64,000 bases of DNA from Eledone cirrhosa (Eukaryota). A program made the translations under genes and the position numbers. This document shows positions 1 to 13,600 of this stretch, piece by piece. Numbering within the stretch: position 1 is the first letter of the stretch; every line of letters begins with the position of its first letter. Location of the stretch: NCBI GenBank assembly GCA_964016885.1, contig OZ024752.1, positions 32,674,001 through 32,738,000 of the forward strand, in the 5' to 3' direction. The notes beneath the pieces are model-generated. The model saw only the letters and a list, made by a program, of their open reading frames with translations. It had not been told where the DNA came from and did no database searches.

Positions 1-151
1 AAAGCCTTTACTGTGAACATACAATAGTAAATATAGAATAATGTAAATGCTAAAGGGTTAAACTTAATATCAGATTTATGTCAACTAGAACCATAGAACC
101 ATATTTCTGTGAAGTGGAACCATATTTTATATTTTTCTTTGTTTTCATTAG

Positions 152-488
152 AAACTCCAAATGCCAAAAATGTAAAAGAAAACAAAAGAAAGTAAAAAGA
201 ACAAAATCTAAAAAAGAAAAGAAGCCTAATCAGAAAGATTTCAGTGATAACAGAAATGTCTTTGAAGACAATAAACTGATAATAGATGAACCAGTTTGTT
301 CCTTCAACAATTCTACGATGACATCTGAATTTCCTATCAACGGCAACAATGAAATAATTCTACAGGAAAATAAAACTTATTTACCCCCTGAAATGAGTTG
401 GGAACTTCAAATGAATACTGACTACCCCCTCCTAGATTCTCTGTTTCAACCTTCCGTAGATTCTTGCACTCAAATTGTTTTTAATTAA
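152..488 (+). CDS. Probable terminal coding exon of an unidentified upstream gene (Lys-rich, NLS-like start)
   Basis: Pyrimidine tract and tag acceptor at 149-151, followed by a non-repetitive open frame to TAA 488. No recognisable domain. Confidence 0.5.
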
Positions 489-566
489 TTCTTTTTATTG
501 TCTTTCATTGATTTTATTAATTTTATTAATTATGACTTTTCTTAATCTTGTTATACTGTAACTATG

Positions 567-612
<46 letters not shown>

Positions 613-990
613 CAACTATACATACACACATTCACATGCCCATACATACACATATATACAACCAAACATACACACATTCACATGCACACACACGCACATA
701 TATACAACTACACATACACACATTCACATGCCCATACATACAACTACACATACACATTCACATGCCCATACACACACACATACATACAACTACACATACA
801 TACAACTACACATACACACATTCACATGGCCATACATACAACTACACATTCACATGCCCATACATACACATACATACAACTACACATACACACATTCACA
901 TGCCCATACATACAACTACACATTCACATGCCCATACATACACATACATACAACTACACATACACACATTCACATGTCCATACACATACA
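567..990. repeat. CA-rich micro/minisatellite
   Basis: (CA)n followed by CACATTCACATGCCCATACATACAACTA-type units. Confidence 0.9.
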
Positions 991-1019
991 GTTAAATTGA
1001 TATTTTACTCATGAGTAAT

Positions 1020-4000
1020 ACACAGCTACACTTATCTACACTTAGCAACAGCTACACTCATCATCTACACTCACCATCTCCATTCACCAGCAGTTACACT
1101 CATCACCTCCACTCACCTACAACTACACTCATCACCTCCACTCACCAACAGCTACACTCATCATCTTCACTTACCAGCAGCTACACTCATCATCTTCACT
1201 TACCAGCAGCTACACTCATCATCTTCACTTACCAGCAGCTACACTTATCATCTTCACTTACCAGCAGCTACACTTATCATCTTCACTTACCAGCAGCTAC
1301 ACTCATCATCTTCACTCACCAGCAGCTACACTCATCATCACTTACCAGCAGCTACACTCATCATCTTCACTTACCAGCAGCTACACTCATCATCTTCACT
1401 TACCAGCAGCTACACTCATCATCTTCACTTACCAGCAGCTACACTCATCATCTTTACTTACCAGCAGCTACACTTATCATCTTCACTTACCAGCAGCTAC
1501 ACTTATCATCTTCACTTACCAGCAGCTACACTTATCATCTTCACTTACCAGCAGCTACACTTATCATCTTCACTTACCAGCAGCTACACTTATCATCTTC
1601 ACTTACCAGCAGCTACACTCATCATCACTTACCAGCAGCTACACTCATCATCTTCACTTACCAGCAGCTACACTTATCATCTTCACTTACCAGCAGCTAC
1701 ACTCATCATCTTCACTTACCAGCAGCTACACTTATCATCTTCACTTACCAGCAGCTACATTTATCATCTTCACTTACCAGCAGCTACACTTATCATCTTC
1801 ACTTACCAGCAGCTACACTCATCATCTTCACTTACCAGCAGCTACACTCATCATCTTCACTTACCAACAGCTACACTCATCATCTTCACTCACCAGCAGC
1901 TACACTCATCATCACTTACCAGCAGCTACACTCATCTTCACTCACCAGCAGCTACACTCATCATCACTTACCAGCAGCTACACTCATCATCTTCACTTAT
2001 CATCTTCACTTACCAGCAGCTACACTTATCATCTTCACTTACCAGCAGCTACACTTATCATCTTCACTTACCAGCAGCTACACTCATCATCTTCACTTAC
2101 CAGCAGCTACACTTATCATCACTTACCAGCAGCTACACTCATCATCTTCACTTACCAGCAGCTACACTTATCATCACTTACCAGCAGCTACACTTATCAT
2201 CTTCACTTATCAGCAGCTACACTCATCATCTTCACTTACCAGCAGCTACACTCATCATCTTCACTTACCAGCAGCTACACTCATCATCTTCACTTACCAG
2301 CAGCTACACTCATCATCTTCACTTACCAGCAGCTACACTTATCATCTTCACTTACCAGCAGCTACACTTATCTTCACTTACCAGCAGCTACACTTATCAT
2401 CTTCACTTACCAGCAGCTACACTTATCATCTTCACTTACCAGCAGCTACACTCATCATCTTCACTCACCAGCAGCTACACTCATCATCACTTACCAGCAG
2501 CTACACTCATCATCTTCACTTACCAGCAGCTACACTCATCATCTTCACTTACCAGCAGCTACACTTATCATCTTCACTTACCAGCAGCTACACTTATCTT
2601 CACTTACCAGCAGCTACACTTATCATCTTCACTTACCAGCAGCTACACTTATCATCTTCACTTACCAGCAGCTACACTCATCATCTTCACTCACCAGCAG
2701 CTACACTCATCATCACTTACCAGCAGCTACACTCATCATCTTCACTTACCAGCAGCTACACTCATCATCTTCACTTACCAGCAGCTACACTCATCATCTT
2801 CACTTACCAGCAGCTACACTTATCATCTTCACTTACCAGCAGCTACACTTATCATCTTCACTTACCAGCAGCTACACTTATCATCTTCACTTACCAGCAG
2901 CTACACTTATCATCTTCACTTACCAGCAGCTACACTCATCATCTTCACTTTCCAGCAGCTACACTCATTATCTTCACTTACCAGCAGCTACACTCATCAT
3001 CTTCACTTACCAGCAGCTACACTCATCATCTTCACTTACCAGCAGCTACACTCATCATCTCCACTTACCAGCAGCTACACTCATCATCTCCACTCACCAG
3101 CAGCTACACTCATCATCTCCACTCACCAGCAGCTACACTCATCATCTCCACTCACCAGCAGCTACACTCATCATCTCCACTCACCATCTCCATTCACCAG
3201 CAGTTACACTCATCACCTCCACTCACCAACAACTACACTCATCATCACTTACCAGCAGCTACACTCATCATCTTCACTTACCAGCAGCTACACTTATCAT
3301 CTTCACTTACCAGCAGCTACACTTATCATCTTCACTTACCAGCAGCTACACTTATCATCTTCACTTACCAGCAGCTACACTCATCATCTTCACTTACCAG
3401 CAGCTACACTCATCATCTTCACTTACCAGCAGCTACACTCATCATCTACACTCACCATCTCCATTCACCAGCAGTTACACTCATTACCTCCACTCACCAA
3501 CAACTACACTCATCATCACTTACCAGCAGCTACACTCATCATCTTCACTTACCAGCAGCTACACTCATCATCTTCACTTACCAGCAGCTACACTCATCAT
3601 CTTCACTTACCAGCAGCTACACTTATCATCTTCACTTACCAGCAGCTACACTTATCATCTTCACTTACCAGCAGCTACACTTATCATCTCCACTTACCAG
3701 CAGCTACACTCATCATCTTCACTTACCAGCAGCTACACTCATCATCTTCACTTACCAGCAGCTACACTCATCATCTTCACTTACCAGCAGCTACACTCAT
3801 CATCTTCACTTACCAGCAGCTACACTCATCATCTTCACTTACCAGCAGCTACACTCATCATCTTCACTTACCAGCAGCTACACTCATCATCTTCACTTAC
3901 CAGCAGCTACACTCATCATCTTCACTTACCAGCAGCTACACTCATCATCTTCACTTACCAGCAGCTACACTCATCATCTTCACTTACCAGCAGCTACACT

Positions 4001-4230
4001 CATCATCTTCACTTACCAGCAGCTACACTCATCATCTTCACTTACCAGCAGCTACACTCATCATCTTCACTTACCAGCGGCTACACTCACCATCTCCATT
4101 CACCAGCAGTTACACTCATCACCAACAACTAACTCATCACCTCCACTCACCAACAACTACACTCATCACCTCCACTCATCATCTCCACTCATCATCACTC
4201 TCCAACTACACTCATTGTCTCCACTCACCA
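1020..4230. repeat. 29-bp minisatellite (TTACCAGCAGCTACACTCATCATCTTCAC), roughly 100 copies
   Basis: Direct reading; three units give the 29-aa periodicity of the spurious 1091-aa ORF. Confidence 0.95.
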
Positions 4231-4332
4231 ACAATATGCAACTATTTATATACATGAACTGGCAGGATGTGGTTACTTCCATTTAGACATAACATTTGTG
4301 GAGAGGAACACATTGTTCCTATTTTGGCCACT

Positions 4333-4487
4333 AACAACTGCAGCAGCAGCAGCAGCAGTAACTAACAACAACAACAGCAGCAGTAGTACCTAACAACAAC
4401 AGCAGCAGCAGTAGTAACTAACAACAACAACAGCAGCAGCAGTAACTAACAACAACAACAGCAGCAGCAGTAACTAACAACAACAAA
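4333..4487. repeat. (CAG/CAA)n compound repeat punctuated by GTAACTAA
   Basis: Direct reading. Confidence 0.85.
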
Positions 4488-4649
4488 TCATGGTTTCTTG
4501 CCAAACTTCAGGAAGTATGAAGAAACTCTGTTTATGTTGATATTTTGAATTAATTAGGAAAAGTAAATGAAATCTTGTTTGTTTTGGATGTTTTCTTAAT
4601 GTAAAAAGGTTAACACAATCATTTCCCTTTTGTTGTTAAACTTGCTTAA

Positions 4650-5246
4650 CCCTTTAGCATTTAAACTGGCTGTAACCGGCCATTCATACTTGTGTTAAGG
4701 TATTGTTCTCAAAATAAATAATATCAAAATCTCGTAGATTTGGTATTATGTGAAATAAAGTCTTTACCATGAAAATATAATAGTTAATATAGGTAATATA
4801 GTAAATGCTAAAGGGTTAACCCTTTAACATTTAAACTGGCCATATCTGGCCAGAATTCTCTCACCTCTTTCTGCTCAAACTGGCTGTAACTGGCTGTTCA
4901 TACTTACGTTAAGGTATTGTTCTCAAAATAATTAACAACATCTTGTAGATTCAATATTATGTGAAATAAACCTTTACCATGAAAATATAACAGTAAATAT
5001 AGAGTAATGTAAATTCTAAAGGGTTAACACTTTAGCATTTAAACTGGCCATATCTGGCCAGAATTCTCACACCTCTTTAAGTTCAAATCAGCCATAACCG
5101 GCTGCTTATACTTATTTTAAGGTATTGTTTACAAAATAGATAATATAAATATCTCATAGATTCAATATTATGAGATAATGATGTGAAATAAAGTGTTTAC
5201 TGTGAAAATACATTAGTAAATATAGAGTAATGTAAATGTTAAAGGG
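4650..5246 (+). mobile_element. Three tandem piggyBac-like MITEs sharing TTAA junctions
   Basis: TTAA-CCCTTTAGCATTTA...TAAATGCTAAAGGG-TTAA units at 4650-4815, 4820-5023 and 5028-5246. Other copies at 1-57, 28007-28210, 30921-31141, 51633-51837 and 53814-54379. Confidence 0.8.
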
Positions 5247-6241
5247 TTAAGAGGAAAATACTTTCAAATCTTATATAGTCACCTTCCTATTTTGAAAACT
5301 TCTGGTGTTATGCCTCAGTAATTACTGGTGAGGGTGGTTGATTAGTAGTATCAGTAGAGCATAGGACAACATAGAGTTACGGCTGAGTTCAAGTTCCGCT
5401 GAGGTTAGCTTTGCCTTTCATCCTTACTGGGTCGATAAAATAAAGTACCAGTAATGCACTGGGGTCAATTTAATCGACTTTCCTTTTACTTTCAAATTGC
5501 TGGCCTTGTGCCTTAAGTAGGAACAATTGTTTTAATTACTAGTAATAATTCTTTTGATCAAGTCAACCTAGTAAAGTAATTTAATAACTGCTATAATTTT
5601 GACACTTTCTGTTAATGGTTTAATTTTTTTTATTAAAAAACAATATATCAATAGAATTTTAATTGTTCAGTCCATCTTTTTTGTGTGTTTGTTTATCTAT
5701 TTTTGTGTTACTTTTATAAAATATATATTATGAAAATAAATAAAGACTAAAAAAAAGATGTTAGTAAATGCATCATAAATATTGTGTTATTTATTTCACT
5801 GGTACTGGTACTGGTACTACTACTACTACTATACATTATATATCCCGTTTTCTCTCGAATTTTTTTTTTCGTTTCTGCCACTGCTCACTCTCCCCTATCT
5901 TTCTAGTTATTCTTTAATTTCTCATTCTATTTTCTGGTGAATCACTAGCGTCCGAAACGTTAAGTCTCTTTTCTTACTATATCAAGCGGAAAACTAATAT
6001 ATTTCTTCATTGCACTGTGTCGTTTTGCTTTGTTATTTCTGTTTGTCTTTTGCATGAGAGAGAGAGAGTAAATGAATGTGGACGACCACTAATATTTTAG
6101 GTCATTCCAGTCAAAACTTACAGGAACCAAAGTCCGGGGTGTAATCCAAAGTGTTATGATATTGGTAGATAAAGATGAAAGTCACAGCCTAAATAATCAA
6201 TTCAGAAGGAGTACCAAGGTAGTTATTCAATTATAGTCATT

Positions 6242-6349
6242 TATTTCTACAATCGTTTCTGCAAGGATAACGAGTGCCAGTCAAATGCATTAATCAACCA
6301 ATTGATTATTTATATGGCACAAAATATCTCCCCACATCGTCAGTAAATA
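6242..6349 (-). ncRNA. Type I hammerhead ribozyme motif with long stem II (minus strand)
   Basis: Minus strand reads TATTTA-CTGACGA-TGTGGGGA...GTGCCA...TGGCAC...TCCTTGCA-GAAA-CGATTG-TA-GAAATA; the first stem I pair is mismatched. Confidence 0.6.
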
Positions 6350-6463
6350 TAGATCAATTAATATTAATTGTTAATTATGATTTTATATGAAAGGAATGGA
6401 TTAAAAAAGGGACTCAATACATGTGTGAAAGTGACGTCCGAACAAGTATCCTCCACTACTAAC

Positions 6464-8330
6464 CACTGGTGGCTCATGGCTAAAATTAGTGGGGGTGCTG
6501 CTTCAGAAATTTTTAGCCATTGTTTTAATGTGTAAAATGAAACAGACTTAATAAAACCCTAAATTTAAAAAAAAATACTTTTTATTTACTGATAAATTAC
6601 AGTTCAAGCTTGATCCATCCATTTAAAATGAAATCCATCCTTGTTTTACTTTGAGCGAAAAGGTTAATTTTCTCCTTGATGCCTGGATAACTGTTGAGGA
6701 AATGTTTCTCCATTGAAAGCACTGCAAGTGCATTTGGTCTTTCAGGATCCATAGTGCTCCTTAGAAAAGTTTTATTGTTTTCAGTGTTAAAAAGCAGCGT
6801 TCTAGCTCTGGTATAGTCATGGGAATTGTCAAGAGGATTTTCATCAGTTTCGTAATTTCACTAAGAACACCACCAAGAGTATTTTCCAAGATAAATTTCA
6901 GCAGTTCAATTAATTTGCAATATTCATGCATATCGAATCTACAATAGAAAACTTTTAGTTCAGTTTCAAGCTTTTCTTTGTCAATCATGTGATATGGTTC
7001 AGTGGTCAGTACTATCTCTTCTGTAGGCAGTTCATTCTTAAAACTAGTGAAGCTATTCTTGTTGAACAATTTAGCTGCTACTAAGTGTTTAGTGGAAGAA
7101 TATCTGTCCATTATATCAATACATATGCAGTTACACACTTCCTTTGCTTCTGCTATGAGTGTCTTTGAAGGATTTCACAAGAAACTTCGAGTTTCTCATT
7201 TGTAAAATAGCAGACTTTAAACACTAATTTCTCGAAATTGCATTTGGATGTAAATTACTTCAACATGAGGCATAATCTGATGAAAAAGCTCTCACCAAGA
7301 TATGAAATTATCGTAATTCAGATATTTTAAAATTCCTGTTGCTTCTGCAATGGTTTGATCTGCATTTGATGTTGACTGAATTTCAGTAAGGTTGCAAATT
7401 TTCATGAACTCTGTTCGCGGTCCATACTTTAAAGTCCCACATTGAAGAGGATGGACATGGAATGCTGACGTCCATATACTTCATGAGAAGGGATACATGT
7501 TGTGGTGATTGTGAGAGGAATGTTGGAATAGCCAAAATGTCAGAGAAAACTATTTCGGTCCATGTAATACTGCATTTCTCATTAAATTAAGTTGAGGTAC
7601 ATAACAGTGAATGAAATGTGCATTACTATAAACTGCTTTTATTTTTGCTTGAACTCTTCCTTTTAGCCCTTCATGACATTTGCACCATCAACTGTCTGGG
7701 CTATCAGTTTTTGTCCATTTCCTTGAAGGATTGTCTAATTGTTCTAGAATTCGTTTTAATATACCATCTGTTGTTTGATTTTCTGAGATAAAGAATCTCC
7801 CAAAACGCTCAAACATATCTTCATTCAACACGTACCGTAGAACAATGACTGTTTGAGTGTGTCCTGAAACATCTGTTGTGTCATAAGCCATGACGGCTAC
7901 AAACAAAACTTCTCTAATATCTGTCCTTATTCCCTCATGGTATATTTGTAGCAGGCAGTCAAGTATCACATTCTGAATGGTCTTAGAAACACATTTGAAC
8001 ACACGGTCTTAGAAACACCTTTGAACACACACCGAGTCAAAAATAAACATGATCTTACATTCAGACAACATGGTCGACACTGCGTGAGCAACAGTGCATT
8101 CTCTAACCAGCTTTCAGCTTCTTTCTTGGAACAATTGCGCTTTTGCACAACTGCCAAACACCTTATCGCTGGAACTGTGAAAGCACACAGTTCCATACAA
8201 GGAATTTTGTAATTTTTCGTGAATATAAGGATTATATAATGTACAAGAATTAAAGAAAAAAAGACTCATATTGAATGAATATCGAGTGAAAATAGGGGGT
8301 GGTGTATTAGCTATACACAAGCCGTCACTG
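6464..8330 (-). mobile_element. Decayed, internally deleted hAT DNA transposon (ZMYM1/DUF4371-like transposase remnant)
   Basis: Imperfect TIRs (CACTGGTGGCTC / rc CAGTGACGGCTT); 8-bp TSD CTACTAAC 6456-6463 vs CTACCAAC 8331-8338; ORF fragments SKTIQN.ILDCL...DTTDVSGHTQ..IVLRYV and a hAT dimerization-like LLTIPMT...ERCF.TLK.IK. Confidence 0.85.
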
Positions 8331-8523
8331 CTACCAACTAACCTACCCTTCGCCTCTGGTCCCCGGTCCCGGCCCCGACAGGATGGAGAGTGCATTGTCC
8401 CGAGGGACGGTGATGGAGATGCACTGGAACAGCCACTCCATCTCTGATATTAGTGAGTAGGGATGTGGTCCGGGGGCCAAGAACTCCAGACGTCTCCACT
8501 AGTACGGTCTCTACATTTGTAAA

Positions 8524-9578
8524 GCCTTCGACTCAGTTGACAGGTCGGGGATGTTTGAAATTCTACAACTCTATGGGATTCCTGATAAAATCATCGCGGC
8601 CATACGTGTAATGTATACAGATACCAAATCAACTGTCCTGACCCCAGATGGGGAAACACCACCTTTCTCAATCCTCGCTGGAATTTTACAGGGCGATACC
8701 CTTGCTCCGTATCTATTTATCATTGTTGTGGATTATGTTTTGTGTATGTCTGTGGATAGGATTCAGGATTGGGGATACCAACTACAGCCTAGGAGAATCT
8801 CACGCTACCCAGAAAAATACTTGACCGACACCGACACCGACTTTGCTGACGACATCGCATTGATCAGTCGGTCACTGGAAAATGCTGAGAGTCTTTTGAA
8901 GTGATTAGAGCAAGCGTCCAACTGTGTTGGACTGTACCTCAACGAATCCAAGACTGAGTATGTGAACAGATGCGCAAACAGCCCAAACTACCCCATCAGA
9001 ACCCTTAATGGTACCACCCTTAAGCAGGTGGAAGATTACAAGTATCTTGGTTCATATATCTCCTCCAAAAAAGATTTTCTAACCAGGAAGGGTATGGCAT
9101 GGTCAGCGTGCAATGACATGCACGCCATATGGACATCTCAACTTACCAACAAGCTAAAACTGGAAATATTCCAAGCAACCATTAAGCCCATATACTTTAT
9201 GGATCCGAAACTTGGACACTAACATCACAACTTGAGAGGAGATTGGATGGCACATATACCCGCCTCTTAATGAGAGTGCAAAACCTATCCTGGAAACGAC
9301 ATCCCACCTTGTCTAAAATCTATGGCAAACTCCCTCGAGCCTCTGCCCTTCTAAAATCCCGGAGAGCTTAATTTGCTGGCCACTGTCACCGTGCCAGCAA
9401 TGAAATCATATCCGCTCTCTTACTCTGGAACCCTGACTAGGAGTAGGAAGTTGTCATTCCCTGACGTTATCTCTAGGGATACGGGAATCAGTAGACAAGA
9501 CCTGGGGGACAGGGAATTCTGGGGCATGAGAGTGAGATCCATCATCTCGACAGTAGTCGACGAGTGATGATGGTGATG
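8524..9578 (+). mobile_element. 5'-truncated non-LTR retrotransposon (RTE/RTEX-like RT remnant)
   Basis: KAFDSVDR, GILQGDTLAPYLF, DFADDIALI and YKYLGS motifs with stops and frameshifts; (TGA)n tail; 11-bp TSD ACATTTGTAAA at 8513-8523 and 9579-9589. Confidence 0.9.
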
Positions 9579-10617
9579 ACATTTGTAAATTACATTTTAC
9601 ATACTAGTTACACCAATGCAAAGGTAGGTAACTCTAAAACTTAACATTAATTTCCCTTAGAATTCTTAGAGTTAATTCCCTTAGATTTGCATTCATAACT
9701 AGAAATTCTACAAGAAGTAAACAATAGCGTCGTTCGTTGGCAACTAGTAATGTAAATATATCAAATAGTGGCATTGCTGGACTTAACCTATACGCTAAGT
9801 AAGCTATAGCTTACTTAGCGTCACTCATGGTCGTTCTTTCGGTCTGCTAAAGATAACCTTCCAGAGATCACACCCAACCGTCTTAAAGAAAAGATACATG
9901 GAATAATTGTTTCTACTTTTGGCACAAGGCCAGCAATTATCTCAGTGCATTACTGGTACTTTATTTTATCGACCTCGTAAGGACGAAAGACAAAGTTAAC
10001 CTTGGTGGGATTTGAACTCAGACCGTAAAGGGGCGTAACTCTATGCTACAAAGCATGGCGTCCGACCCTCTATCGTTGAATAATGTGAACTTAGATGCAC
10101 TGTATTTGAAAAATAACTACCCCCCCCCCCCCAAAAAAAAAAAATCAACGTGATGGTCGCGGCTAGAAATAGCAGTCAACTTCTCAGAAATGACACCCTA
10201 CTCTTATAAAAAAGGAAGTACATATTAGATAATTTAGTCTTAGAAATACAAAAAAAAAAAGCGGCTGTATCGTCATGTCTGGAATGTTTTTCATGAATGA
10301 TCTGCTCCTTTGCAGCATAGAGTTACGGTCCTTTACGGTCTGAGTTCAAATCTTGCCGAGGTTAACTTTGCCTTTCATCCTTACGGGGTCGATAAAATAA
10401 AGTACCAGTAACGTACTGGGTTGGTTTAATCGACTTTCTCCTCTCACCAAAATTACTGGCCTTGTGCCTATACTAGAAATCAGTAATGGTCTGCTCCATC
10501 AGAGGTGACCTGTGTGAATAACAAAGGTTTAGGTTCTTCTAAACTTGCCAGCTGATTCATTCATGGCTTCCCTCTTCCTTTTCATCTCACTATTTATATT
10601 GTATTATCCACAAAAGG

Positions 10618-10803
10618 CCGGTGGATTGGCAGTATCGGTAGAGGGTCGGACGCCATGCTTTCTAGCATAGTTACGTCCCTTTACGATCTGAGTTCAAATC
10701 CCGCCGAGGTTGACTTTGCCTTTCATCCTTACGGGGTCGATAAAATAAAGTACCAGTAATGCACTGCGTAATTGCTGGCCTTGTGCCTAAAGTAGAATCA
10801 ATT
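10618..10803 (+). mobile_element. tRNA-derived SINE family A (central ...TTTGCCTTTCATCCTTACGGGGTCGATAAAATAAAGTACCAGT...), representative copy
   Basis: Pol III A-like box TGGCAGTATCGG and B box GTTCAAATCC. More than 20 full or partial copies in both orientations, e.g. 5335, 9905(-), 10310, 11420, 13950(-), 14247, 17180, 22268, 31692, 37290, 42712(-), 42900, 49140, 54590, 59207. The central domain resembles the Meta-SINE domain (from memory, not searched). Confidence 0.85.
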
Positions 10804-11786
10804 AGCCACAAACTCTGCTCTTGATATACCTCCTAGTCATTCCGTAAGAAAAACAACAAAATACTGTAACTCTATAATTAGATTTCCCCCCCACAATGCT
10901 CCACCATATCGATCGCAACAATCTGGAAGAGGCGGTAATAGCGATCTCGGCCGATAAAGACCCCCAAAGAGTGCTACCCCACGATCACACACACACACAC
11001 AATGATACGAGCTCGAGCGGTGTGGAGGAGCGTTCCCTCGTGTGTAAGACCTCAAGCAGTGGGCCGCCGCGTGATCCCAGCCGACAGAATAGAAAAACCG
11101 TTGAAGGCTATTGAGGAGTATCTTATTACGATGTTTACTAAAAATAATACACTATTAGAGCAACATATAATACCAAATATTCGAAATGCAGGCTATCCCA
11201 GGCGCCCAGAATGTCAACAAAGCAAAGCGCTCAGAATGTCAACAAAGCAAAGCGCCCAGAATGTCAACAAAACAGAGCGCTCAGAATACGCTGATCGGAA
11301 CACCTAGGCTGGGGCGACTGTAAAGCAGACTATCTAAAATTAGTGGTTGCTCTACAAAGAATTTATCAACTATATTTTTCAATTATATCAAATGTTAAGC
11401 TAATATATTATCATTATATTCATAGTCTGAGTTCAAATCCCGCCGAGGTTGACTTTGCCTTTCATCCTTACGGGGTCGAAAAATAAAGTACCAGTAATGC
11501 ACTGGATAATTGCTGGCCTTGTGCCTAAAGTAGAAACAATTATATTCATAGTCTGAGTTCAAATCCCGCCGAGGTTGACTTTGCCTTTCATCCTTACGGG
11601 GTCGAAAAATAAAGTACCAGTAATGCACTGGATAATTGCTGGCCTTGTGCCTAAAGTAGAAACAATTATATACATAGTCCTCCGGTGTTATCTTTTCTTG
11701 TTGATGTGTAAGATCACAGCTCCGATATTACGACCATGTGATTAGAATGTCTTAGGAAAGAGAATCGCTGGGCAGCTTTTAACATT

Positions 11787-13600
11787 GACACCCGGCCTGC
11801 TAGAAATAATAGCCATATCTCCCTCAAACCACAGACTAATGTCTTGTAATAAAAGGCAGGAGACGTTACACCGGGGTAATCAAAACATGGACACCCGGCC
11901 TGCTAGAAATAATAGCCACATCTCCCTCAAACCAGAGGCTAATGTCTTGTAATAAAAGGCAGGAGACGTTACACCGGGGTAATCAAAACACGGATACTCG
12001 GCCTGCTAGAAATAATAGCCACATCTCCCTCAAACCACAGACTGTCTTGTAATAAAAGGCAGGAGACGTTACACCGGGGTAATCAAAACATGGACACCCG
12101 GCCTGCTAGAAATAATAGCCATATCTCCCTCAAACCACAGGCTAATGTCTTGTAATAAAAGGCAGGAGACGTTACACCGGAGTAATCAAAACACGGACAC
12201 CCGGCCTGCTAGAAATAATAGCCACATCTCCCTCAAACCACAGACTAATGTCTTGTAATAAAAGGTAGAAGCTGTTACACCGGGGTAATCAAAACATGGA
12301 CACCCGGCCTGCTAGAAATAATAGTCATGTCTCCCTCAAACCACAGACTAATGTCTTGTAATAAAAGGCAGGAGACGTTACACCGGGGTAATCAAAACAC
12401 GGACACCCGGCCTGCTAGAAATAATAGCCATATCTCCCTCAAACCACAGGCTAATGTCTTGTAATAAAAGGTAGAAGCTGTTACACCGGGGTAATCAAAA
12501 CACGGACACCCGGCCTGCTAGAAATAATAGTCATGTCTCCCTCAAACCACAGACTAATGTCTTGTAATAAAAGGCAGGAGACGTTACACCGGGGTAATCA
12601 AAACATGGACACCCGGCCTGCTAGAAATAATAGTCATGTCTCCCTCAAACCACAGGCTAATGTCTTGTAATAAAAGGCAGGAGACGTTACACCGGGGTAA
12701 TCAAAACATGGACACCCGGCCTGCTAGAAATAATAGCCACATCTCCCTCAAACCACAGGCTAATGTCTTGTAATAAAAGGTAGAAGCTGTTACACCGGGG
12801 TAATCAAAACACGGACACCCGGCCTGCTAGAAATAATAGCCAAATCTCCCTCAAACCACAGGCTAATGTCTTGTAATAAAAGGCAGGAGACGTTACACCG
12901 GGGTAATCAAAACATGGACACCCGGCCTGCTAGAAATAATAGCCACATCTCCCTCAAACCACAGGCTAATGTCTTGTAATAAAAGGTAGAAGCTGTTACA
13001 CCGGGGTAATCAAAACACGGACACCCGGCCTGCTAGAAATAATAGCCAAATCTCCCTCAAACCACAGGCTAATGTCTTGTAATAAAAGGCAGACGTTACA
13101 CCGGAGTAATCAAAACACGGACACCCGGCCTGCTAGAAATAATAGCCACATCTCCCTCAAACCACAGGCTAATGTCTTGTAATAAAAGGCAGGAGACGTT
13201 ACATCGGGGTAATCAAAACATGGACACCCAGCCTGCTAGAAATAATAGCCACATCTCCCTCAAACCACAGACTAATGTCTTGTAATAAAAGGCAGGAGAC
13301 GTTACATCGGGGTAATCAAAACATGGACACCCAGCCTGCTAGAAATAATAGCCACATCTCCCTCAAACCACAGGCTAATGTCTTGTAATAAAAGGCAGGA
13401 GACGTTACATCGGGGTAATCAAAACATGGACACCCAGCCTGCTAGAAATAATAGCCAAATCTCCCTCAAACCACAGACTAATGTCTTATTAAAAACAAAA
13501 CAAAACAGGAGACGTTACACCGAGGTAACCACCACCTAGTCACCCGACCTGCTAGACATAACAGACATCTCCCCTCAAACCATAGATTAATGTCTGACAA
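11787..13600. repeat. 103-bp minisatellite, about 17 copies
   Basis: GACACCCGGCCTGCTAGAAATAATAGCC... recurs at 11787, 11890 and onward. Confidence 0.95.

Noticed and set aside
1011-4286. 1091-aa ORF
   Set aside because: It is the translation of a 29-bp minisatellite with no stop in any + frame; the frame cycles with each unit, so there is no codon-level constraint.
4333-4487. PolyQ-coding exon
   Set aside because: TAA/TAG stops interrupt the CAG/CAA runs.
5930-5972. CTGGTGA...CGAAACGTTA hammerhead-like string
   Set aside because: Core A6 is mutated, and stems I and II do not pair convincingly; at most a remnant.
10837-11330. GC-richer segment with short overlapping ORFs
   Set aside because: No recognisable domain or splice structure; includes a 27-bp repeat; probably a transposon fragment I cannot classify.
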